Shown: positions 50,702 to 60,637 of the stretch, piece after piece
Position numbering within the stretch: position 1 is the stretch's first letter
Layout of the letters: each line of letters starts with the position of its first letter
Assembly: GCA_011109175.1 (NCBI GenBank)
Contig: RDEW01000025.1
Coordinates: 843,574 to 907,573 of the forward strand
Length of the DNA: 64,000 bases
Direction of reading: 5' to 3'
Origin: Dicyema japonicum
Taxonomy: Eukaryota; Animalia; Dicyemida
Notes under the pieces: model-generated
The model's input: only the letters and a program-made list of their open reading frames with translations
Database searches by the model: none
What the model was told of the DNA's origin: nothing
Program-made: the position numbers and the translations under genes

Positions 50702-51618
50702 ATGAAAATAAAGTACAAAGTCCTTCTTATTTTAATACTATTTCGGATAATAATTTATCAGATTGTATCATTCCAGGTGAGCCAATCGTAATGTCTTAGG
50801 AAGTAATCAGAAAGGAAATAATTGGCGACAAATTCCTACTAGTAAGCGCTTACTACAATATCGGAACATTCAAAAAAATACTTGGTCCTCGTAGTCCTAG
50901 TACATATCTTATATGGATGCACGACTATGGGTACATTGAGAACCACCTCGTATTTTTCTCGGATGACGAGAAAATCCTGCAGCGCATGAAAAAAATCAGA
51001 AGAAATCTTCCCACGACATTATTGCACGTGAACAGGTCCGAACTGTTTGGCTTCCGAAGAATTGACGAAATAAAACGTATTTTTACGCTTCCTGGGTTTG
51101 ACAAATATACGCCAGAGGCCCTCAATCCTGACTATTGTGCCATTATGCACTCCAAACACGACATGATCAGACGGACTATCAAACTCTTCTATGGTAATTT
51201 TTCATACATCGCCTGGGTTGATGTTGGTCTTTTTCGCAAATCATACTTTATTGAACGGATTTCAGTGAGGACGACAGAATATATGGACAGCACACGTGTC
51301 CTATTGTCTCAAGTATCAAAGTTCTATGATTATCCGATTAAAAAAATAGTCAAGAAAGCGAAAGTGTGGGTATCCGGCGCTATCATGGCAGGTCACATTG
51401 ACCGAATTTCCGCGTTTTGTGACGCCTATGAATATTTCTTCCACAGGGTGATCTCTATGAATCTGATGGCAACTGATGAGCAGTTAATCTACTCCATGTA
51501 CACCAGTGAGGGACATAAAATTATGAAAAATGACATAAAGCTGAGTGTATTCCAGTGTCGTTACTTTGGGCTTTACGTACTCTTCTCTGACTTGAAAACG
51601 ATAGATTACTGTCCGTAG
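50702..51618 (+). CDS. HtrL/YibB-family protein, copy C (intact)
   Basis: 25-codon hydrophobic exon, 23-nt intron 50777-50799, then an uninterrupted exon with LVSAYYNIG, YLIWM, NHLVFFSDD, NPDYCAIMHSK, AWVDVG, WVSGAIMAG, TDEQLIY, which fits HtrL/WlaTC-type motifs. Confidence 0.85.
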
Positions 51619-51776
51619 AGTGATTTACATATTTTGACATATTTATTCCCTTTTTATTTAAATTTGATTATTTATTCAAATATACTCGAATATGGGAATT
51701 AGAACTACCAAGAAGTTATGTCTAGGCGTCGTGGAGCCACCTATCTCAGGAGACGCCCAGAGACTGGCCGGCATTT

Positions 51777-51940
51777 AAAAAGATAACTCTTTTCCTACTC
51801 CAGTGGAGGGGTTACTACATTCGAAAAAGATCCTTCTCTTCCCTACTCCAGTGGAGGGGTTGTTTCACTGAAAAGGATTTCTCTCTTCCCTTCTCCAGTG
51901 GAGGTGTTATTTTATCCACAAAGGATCACTCTCTTCCCTT
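51777..51940. repeat. 47-48-bp tandem repeat (3.5 units) with a CTCC-AGT-GGAG hairpin core
   Basis: CTCCAGTGGAG at 51798, 51846 and 51893. Unit heads AAAAGGAT also recur near 52118 and 52149. Confidence 0.85.
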
Positions 51941-53277
51941 ATTATAATGACGGATATGGATGGAAGTGATGTTCAGAAAGGACACGTCCCTCTGCAACCG
52001 GGGAACGGGGTAAAAACTGTTTTAAGTATATCCAGGGATAAAAAACTTTATTGCCGTTGTGGTGCCGTCGTCATCGGATCCACATTACTCGGGTAACGCC
52101 CAATGGCTAGCCGACATTCAAAAGGATTCATCTCTTCATTCCGGCATTCAAAAGGATTCATTCCACCGAAAGATATTTCGCTCCTTACGACGAGTTATGC
52201 CATCGACTTCATGATTAGTTAGTTTGGTTTTACAAGTCCCTCTTATTATTACTTGGCGCAAGTTTCATAGGGGGTAAACGTACCCATGCATCTTCTTGAG
52301 CAGCACTTCAGTGGACATTGCTCTTATTTTAAAAACAAAGTTTACGTCGAAGTCAAGCACTCCCCACAGCTACTCAATTATCCATTTCGACCACTTTCAG
52401 GCCTACTGGGGGGTGTTTTATTCACACTAGTCTATGAATCAATCCTTTTGCGGATTCATTAGTCAGTAAAAGTCTCTGTGTCCATTAAGAAGTGGGGGGA
52501 GAGGTTGTATCAACTTGAGGAGACGGAGACATTAAGTGTACTAGAGCTATCATAGTGGACCATAGTTATGCCCAGAGCTCAACCATCTGACAAAAAATGA
52601 GATTAATGTTAATTTTTACATTAATCTTCTGTTCCTCTTCTTCCTTTGTTCTCTAAGAGTGACGTCACGTGATTCCTTTGTCTCAGGCGGAGTTCAGTCC
52701 CAGGATGGTATGAAAACGAATCATTTGCTTTCCTTACTTTACTGGAGATGTCTCCTGAGTCCATAACTCCACCATGCTCGCGAGAAGGGTTTTCTCCAAT
52801 CATAAAGCAACGTAATGATTGAATGACATCAAAACCTTCTGTTTTGACTAAGAAAATGTAGGATGCATGAAGTTATTTATTAATCCCAGCCATGCAATTC
52901 TGGCAAGCCCAGCACAAACAGTCATAGTCATAACTAATAGCAATGTAGACATTATACATTAATATGCATCCCCCAACCTTCCGCTAAACTACTGACGGGA
53001 GTTTACTAACTTAATATTGATCGGCATTATTATCAAAACACTCTTCGAGAGATAATAGTCCTCTTGTATCCATGTTTCATCATCTCTCCACTCCCCTCTG
53101 TTATTCACTTTCTTACAGAGACCTCTACATTTTCCCAGTTACCTGTTAGCTCCAGATCTTCCTACCTTATTAGCTGCAATATTTTGTATGAGGATTAGCA
53201 AGGACATTGCTATTCATAAAAGTGCTAAAATAACTAACAAAAGTTCAAAAGAAACGTCAATCAACACAAATTAAGAA

Positions 53278-55607
53278 TCTAAGGATAGACATTCAATATA
53301 CCAAAACAGATTGAACGTGAAACTCTGCCTTTTCTTGGGCTTCCCTTCATCATCAGAATCTGAAAATATAAAAAAGTCAGATTCTAGCTCTGATTTGTTG
53401 TCATCAGTGTCTCCGAACAGATTGAATGACTTCAGCTTCCCAGCATTTTTGTAATTCTGTGAATCTTCGAAAAGCTGGCTCTGAGGATAATTTTCTTCGT
53501 TTGTATCAAACCCATGTGATTTTGAATCACTTTTAGTTTCATCCTGATTCCGTGAAATTGAAGAAAAATCGCGTTTTTCAGGCGATATAGTTAAGGAATC
53601 TGTCTGTTTTGACGGTATCCCATCCCCCACCGTACTTTTCTGTTTTCTAATGTTTGGCGAACTTGTGGTCTCATTGGGGATTCCAATGTTGAGGAAATCA
53701 GACCTTGGTCGAATTCGACTTTTTTCAATGGGTTTTGAAATATTTGAACAGTGAGCGGGAATTTTCGGCTGATTTGAAGTGGTACGTGTGGAATTCACTG
53801 CCTTTTGTATAATTAGACCAAAGTCTGGGGACCTTTTTGTTTGTGGTTCATTAGTAGATATTGGTGGGACACTTGGTTTGTTTAAAACGATATTTGACAA
53901 ATTTAATGCTTCTCCTCCAGTATTAGGTGATGTCACCACTTTGGGTGCATTTAGGGAAATATAATGTGAGTTCACCACAGTATTATTCACATTTGACTCG
54001 CGTGTATCGTTAAAACTAAGAGTGGGTGAACTTAATCCCACTTTTGGCGGATTAGTTAGGGTCGGTGATATGTTTGGTTGAATTTTGGGAAAATTTGATA
54101 TAAATTTTGGAGAATTTGTGGATATTTTAGGCATATTTACCAAAAGTTTCGTGGTTTTAGAAAAATTTGGTAATTTTACTGGAATTTTTGGGAGTTGTTG
54201 AATTTTAGGAGAAACTGTTACCTTCTCAGACAAATTTGGGGGGTTTAGTTTACATTCCTCCAAATTTGACTTGTTTGATAACTCACCGCCTTTTTCATCA
54301 GTTTCTACCGAAGAGACTTTGAATCTTCTGGAGCTTTCTAGAATGTTCTTATTTTCTAAGATATTTTCTTTATTTTTAGCGTCGACTAGGAATTATTTAG
54401 AGAAAATACCTGAAAATGTAAATTTTGGGGGATTTAACGAATTCCTAAATTTATTAGAAATCTAAGTTAATTTTTAGGAAACTTTGAAGGTCTCCCTTGG
54501 TACAGAACCTTCCCTAATGGCCTTTGGGTGGATGAATTTCTCGGTAAATTGGTTAATTTCCCCATTTTCCTTGAAATTTGAATCCCACGTGACTACATTT
54601 CCAGAATCACTGAGATATCGGTTTACGGTAGAGTCAGGAAGTCGATGAGATATTTCCGAGTCTCCCTTCAATGTCAGGTCACATGGGTTCATTGTGGATA
54701 TAACCTTTTGGATCCTCATTTTACCTTACTTTTGTTGTCCCCATTTTAATAACGCTAGATTCTTTCAGACCTCCCACGTGCTGATTAGAAAGCGGTAACA
54801 TGTGCTCATATCTTTTGGGAGATTCCTCAAAATTCTAAATAGTCAAGTTAAAGCGGGAAATTACATTCGATAACTCCGAGTTGAGTTCCTTAATCTCCCT
54901 AGCATAGTCCTCACATTGAGTGTACAATGTCGCACTAGTTATATTGAATACATTCATTACAGCTCTAGTGTAAAGTCCTCGAATGAAGGAATCGTTTCAA
55001 TGGCCCATTCTAGTTATTGAATTTAGTCCACCTGTTGAGTTTTTATATTTATAAAGCGATTCCTCCACCTCGTCAATTTCTTCCTCCAGGGAGACTATCT
55101 CTGAGTCTAAAGTACTGAGGGAAGCCTGTAGACTCTCCGCCGCCTTTACGGAAGGCATGGATTCGTAGATCGCCTTGTGTTCCTCGAAAAGGGTTTTGTA
55201 GTATTCAAGGGACTCTTCTGTTACAGTTCTTGAAATTAAATGAGTTATGACGTCATCAGTTCGTCTTCGACGCCGCAGAGTTTGTCGAGGCAGAAGAGTT
55301 GATTTTTTGACTTTGCTCGAATCTGGGTTTAATGATAATTTTACTGTTTCGTGAGGGAGGAAATTATTGCGTATTGGTCCTGGCAGTGGGCGATATATAC
55401 GTCACATTGGGCTTCTTCACTCTCAATGTAAGTGATCTTTAGCTTTAAATCCGCGATTTTTTGTTTATAGCCTTAATTTGTGACAAAATTAACTTTCAAT
55501 GTCTGAGTTAATTAGTTCCATTAAATGTACATTTTTATAGTTTTCGAATTCTTTGCTTAAAAAAATATCATACCTATATCTTGAATTGTCTTCAATGCGT
55601 CATACAT
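53278..55607 (-). CDS. coiled-coil plus disordered-tail protein, possibly SIX6OS1/C14orf39-like (gene ~0.75, identity ~0.4)
   Basis: Spliced N-terminal coiled coil (EYYKTLFEEHKAIYESMP; IPSFEDFTLELATL), long Pro/Ser/Asn-rich region, Phe-rich acidic tail (SFNLFGD..SDFFIFS..QSFTFNLF*). The stop codon is completed across the intron at 53279-53301. Confidence 0.6.
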
Positions 55608-56249
55608 TCCACTCGGCCAAAAAATATTAAACAAATTTTCCCGCTAAAAATGTTATTGTTTTAATTTATAATTATTTGATTAAGTTATAAATATTTTTAA
55701 TAATATTAATTCAAGTATTTTTGAAAGTATTTTAATTATTGATCAAAAATAAATAAAAATTTTTATTTGAAGTGTAAATGATAAACCTCAGTTTAATCAA
55801 AAGTCACTCTTATTCTAAGTAGAGAACAGATATTTAAACATCGAACGTGTTCTTAATTTTTTCTTTTTTTTCGCTTGTGTGAGAGTACACAGGACAATCG
55901 ATACCATAGTGATTAATCACTTAAAATTGAAATATTGAATTTTTAGCGAAAGTCAATTCTTGTCAAACAGATCCCACTCGTGAGGTGATGAGTCCTTCTG
56001 GCACAACATAGTAGTAGAAAGGGATCTTCCTACCTTCTCCCGGGACAGCTTGCTGGTCGTTGTGGTGCCTAGATATGATTTCCTGGCGTGGCTTTGGTGG
56101 TCGGTTGGTATAATGGTAAGAAAGTTTAAAGTTAAACTATTATTTTGGCTCAAATAAGCAAAAAGTGAACAATAATTTTTTTAATATTAATTAATTTTAA
56201 TTTATTAATTTTTAAATTTAAATATACCTTTTGAATAGTCACGTTTTAC

Positions 56250-56703
56250 ATGGTTTGATGTACGTCTCATATTTAGGCAATTATTAAAACTCATGAAATC
56301 AGGAGTCTGTCCAAGGCTGAGTCGGACAAACGTTTAAAGGACCTTAAAGATGTTTTCCTATTTTATTAAATTGTTAAGGAACTCCAACTTTTGCGTGTGT
56401 CAAAAGAAACTGAAGGGAGTGAATCTAAACTAAGCAGAATGTAAGCCTCTTTTTTAGTTTCATTAGCCGTGTTGTGAAAAAGTCTATTGCTCGTCTTTTG
56501 ACTGTTGAAAACCAGAAAAAAAATGAAGTCCTCAAAAGTCGTTCATACAAGAAAAATTGTGTCCCACAGATCTCCGTCCGAAGCTCACTCGCAAGTTGAG
56601 GAGGGCTCTAACCCCTAAACAACTCAATGCACGTGCAAACAAGTACAAATATAAACGTCGGTATTTTCCGAGGAGGCCTTATGCCCTTTTGAGGGTCGAA
56701 TAA
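56250..56703 (+). CDS. RPL35: 60S ribosomal protein L35 (uL29); -1 frameshift near 56555
   Basis: ELQLLRVSK..SKLSRIRVVKKSIARLLTV..PTDLRPKLTRKLRRAL..YFPRRPYAL. Three introns of 24-27 nt. Missing from the ORF track. Confidence 0.93.
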
Positions 56704-57479
56704 TTTTGATTAGATCTTTTTCAAAATTTTATCTGGTGTTTTTTTAATTTACTAGAATTTTAAAATTTATTAAAATTATTTTATTAATTTAAAATGTGCC
56801 ACGTGGACTCTTTTTGGTGCGATCACTCATATTATTTTGACTTCTATCTTTGTTGTGCTTGTTTCTTGACTGTTTCTTAAGAACACGATTTGTGTTGTCT
56901 TCCTGAAATCTCTGCTATCCAGATAAGGAGGTTTAGAGTGTCCTAACAGTGGATCACTGATGGTAGATGAATGCCACCAATCGTCCTGGAAACCTTAATT
57001 GTCTAAACGGTACCTGTTTCATTGTGATTGCGCAATTTTTCTCCCATCACAGGGTTTTGTGGGGTCAGAGGTGATCACCGGGTTAAGTTGAGTGCTCTAT
57101 CTACTGGTTTTTACTTTTACATCCAATTTACTATCCTAAGTGGAACATAAACGGGAGACTAAAAATCTAAGGTATAACCATTTTTGGTAACACTAACCCA
57201 AATCATTTCTCTAGCTTATGTAGACTTTCCTTATGCTTGTCTACCGATTTGCCATTTTTTGCATTTAGCTCTGAAAGCTCTAAAAGGAAACTCTCATTCG
57301 TTCTGACTGCAGCACCCATACCAATTTAATCATCTAATACAATTTAATCATCTAATACATCTGGAAGAGAACCTTTTACTCTTCTCCAATCATTCATGTT
57401 TAGCTCAGTGTCATGCGGTTGACCAGCTCTGTAAGTTCTGGCGCATTGAGGGTACCAGCTATGTATCCATTTTTAGAAG

Positions 57480-58215
57480 ACAATAATGAAGTTCTCGTAT
57501 CAAGCTGACCCCAATTTCGTTAATAATTCGTAAGTTGGAGACCAATAGGAAGCGTGCCACCAAGATAGGCCGCTCTCAGAGATCCTTCACTCTCACATCG
57601 AGTTCTGGTGGCTCAGGGCAAGCATAGAGAACTTCTCTTCTACCCAGATTGGAAAATTTCCACACCATTAGTGTCTGACTCCCGCTTTTATGATCCCCAA
57701 GAGCAATAATTCTGAAACGTTGATTTCAGGAGATCTGGTCCCCCGTAATTTGTTGTCTTCAGTGGTGGACGCAAAGGTCATCATTATTTCACTTATGCTA
57801 TCTCATAGGTGTAACACGGAAAATCAAATCACTAGTCAGCTTCTTCCATTGTGGCGACTCAGCCATGTCCCGTAGCCTGTCAAGGTTCTCCACGTCCCTG
57901 ACATATCTCCCGATTTTTCCGAGGACTGTCGGTAGGGCTGTCATTGGCACGTTCGCCCGGGGTCTCCAGATTCAAACGAAGTAAATATCCAAACAACCTC
58001 CATTTTGCCTTTTCCAGGAATGATGTTCAAGCTATGCCCATCATGCTTTCTTGACGACCAGGAGACAGGTCACCTCTTCTCTTGTCCAAGTCCACCTCCT
58101 AGTTCTGCACGGAACCAAAAAACCTCTCGGATCTCTGGGAGCGTCCGCTCTTGGCTATAACGTTGTTGTTAGCAACCGGTTCCTTTAACTCGAAGGGACG
58201 TGGGGTAAGTAAATA
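57480..58215. mobile_element. two I-group LINE 3' ends in opposite orientation
   Basis: GGATCTCTG.GAGCG.CC motif on the minus strand (about 57570) and plus strand (about 58130) matches the 3' end of the LINE at 39017 (EDLWERP). Confidence 0.6.
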
Positions 58216-58302
58216 ACACAGATCGTATAAGTATGGTTGGTGATAATAGTGACCCACGTGGAGCTAAAGTTAGGATAATTATTGTTAATCTAAGGTTAGA
58301 GG

Positions 58303-59632
58303 TCATTTGTAGTATCTGTACTTTATTTTGTCTTCACTCTTCACTTTCGTATTGTGGACTTGGTCATTATAAAGACTATTAAATTTCGCGACGATGACTG
58401 GTATTGGTAGGGTGACTGTCAAGACACCGGAAATTGCACAAATGGAGCCAATGACCTTCCCCCAAATTCCCATGGGGACAACGTCGCCATACCCAACAGT
58501 AGTGAGCGTTATAATGGCCCACCAGAAGGCATGTGGAATACTGGTAATTTGAGAGTCCTTGTTGTTTATTTCCGCAAAGTAAATCATCGTGGAAGACAGA
58601 ATTGTGATGAAAAATAAAAAAATCATCAAAAATAAAATTTCCTGAAATGAAGAAATCAGGGCTTTTCCGAGGATCTGCAAATAAATGGAAAACCGGACGA
58701 GTTTGAACAACCTCACAGTTCTCAGGATTTTAAGGCTGAACAGAATTGGCCCAGCACGTTTGAGGACTTCCATATTGGAGAGGGTTAAGGCCAGTATTAC
58801 GTAGTACGGGAGAATCGAGATAAAGTCTACGATGATGAAAGTATTCGAAAAGAATCGCTTTTTGCTTGGGGCGACAATGAAACGGACGATCAGCTCCAAA
58901 GTGAAGCAAAAAATGCAGAAACTTTCAATTTTGAAAAATACGGATTTTAGAAAATGCTCATTTTCCACCTCCGAGTTGTATTCCGGGAGGGTCTCCATGC
59001 AAAAACGGTAATCGACAGGAAGATGGTCGAAATGGACAAACCGCACAAAATCTTTCCGCCAATCGAGGACTTTGGGTGCTCTAAAAGCATCCAAAGTTTC
59101 CTCAATTTTTCGTTTTTCGGCATTTCTCCGTTTTTTCCCGCGGAATTTTGTTTTTGAAGAAACTTAGATCAACGTACGAGTCCAATCCAAAGTAAACAAC
59201 TTCGTTGTAGAAACTCATCTCGTTGATGCTGTCCGGGCATCTCAAACGGCCCTGACTTTGGTAGAAATGCAGAATATATTCGAAGCACAGCCTGTCCCGG
59301 TTAAAGTAAAATTCGTTTTTAGTTTCATCGTAAAATTTGTCTCTTTTTCGGGATTTCCAAGCAACGTGTTCGGAAAGTAATTCAACGACTCCTCGTAGGT
59401 CTCATAGATCAGCCCACTTACGTTGATTGTAACACGTTTGTGGTTCCGTGGAGTCATCTCCACGTGGTCAGGTCTAAATATTCGAATTTCAAACCTGGAT
59501 CCAAAAGATGTCGAAAGTTTCGGTTCACGAGAACTCCTAACATTCCAAATAAGGCTTACCTGGCCTGTGGGGGAGTAGCAGCCGAAGCGGTAGCGGCGAT
59601 GCTTCTGGGATTAGAAGGGAGAGGTACCTCAT
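58303..59632 (-). CDS. KCNA: Shaker/Kv1-type voltage-gated K+ channel
   Basis: T1 domain RVTINVSGLIYET..FPNTLLGNP..YFNRDRLCFEYILHFYQS; FCMETLP; S4 LKILRTVRLFKLVR; pore FWWAIITLTTVGYGD; LPIPVIV. One 5' micro-intron. Frameshifts at about 59346, 59212 and 59003. Confidence 0.93.
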
Positions 59633-60637
59633 TTATGACTGAGAGTGAATCACAGTATAAATAATGGAGAGAATTTGATTAATGCGTTTATTGGCGTTTT
59701 TTAAATTTACGATTTTGATTAATCGCGCCAATTATTGCCAAGCACTCTCACGGGTGGGGAATTCATCTCCCGGACAGATGCCATGAAGACCGAAGCTGCG
59801 AAAAGGCGTTCCGAGTTACGAAGGTACCCCACAACTCCTCTGGAATCCTAAATTCGTAAAAACAGAGGATGTGCTGTGTAACTGTGGGCATCTGGTTCTA
59901 CCCCATGTACGTCCTTGTGGCAGTTGGAGGGAGAACGTAAAGCAAGAGGACTGCGAATTAGTCTTTGGAATTTTCATTTCATTGTACTCATACTCCCATA
60001 TCATCTCAAAACTCGCTTCTTCTTTACCTTCTCTTGCACTTTCTAGACATTTTTCTTGATTGTTGTCTAATCGTGCCAATTGCTTACATTACACGTGCTC
60101 ATTGAATGTTTGGCTGATTCAGGAGGAAAATTAGTCTACATTTTCTTCTGAAGCAACTTTATTAAAAAAACAAAAAATAATCTAACAAATCTCCCCCATG
60201 TTGGTTGAGTGGTTGACTTCTCTCTAATAATGTCTTTATTGTACTCTCAGTCATTCTATCCTACCCCCTTTGCAAGTGCAACTTTCATTTCAAAGGACTG
60301 CGGATGAACTGCGAAGACGTGGAGGAGGAAAATTACACAGAGAAAACTGGAAAAGGATAGTTCCTGGGTGGAATTATAAAAATAAATGGTGTAGTTTAGA
60401 AGATATCCAAAATAACTATTAAAGTGATACCGAAACGCACCAACAGAGCTTTCACCTAGGCTCGATTCTCCTCCTTCAAGCCTACAAAGGCATGTATCTG
60501 GCGAGAACCAGAAAAAATCTATGTCAAAAATTTAAACTATTTGAATTTTAAAATTATCATAAATTTTTTTTAAATTAATAAAAAATTAAATTATTTAAAT
60601 AATGTTTTCTTGTTGAACTTACAAAACTGTCAAAATA

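Noticed and set aside
51777-51940. CRISPR-like array (palindromic repeat plus variable spacer)
   Set aside because: Eukaryotic context, only 3.5 units, the variable part is about 12 nt and related between units, and there are no cas genes.
11670-59157. Many ORF-track entries, e.g. 11670-11945, 11920-12282, 15193-15486, 16901-17149, 27637-27903, 39749-40108, 47957-48268, 53779-53964, 58954-59157
   Set aside because: They are antisense or off-frame shadows of identified genes or transposon ORFs.
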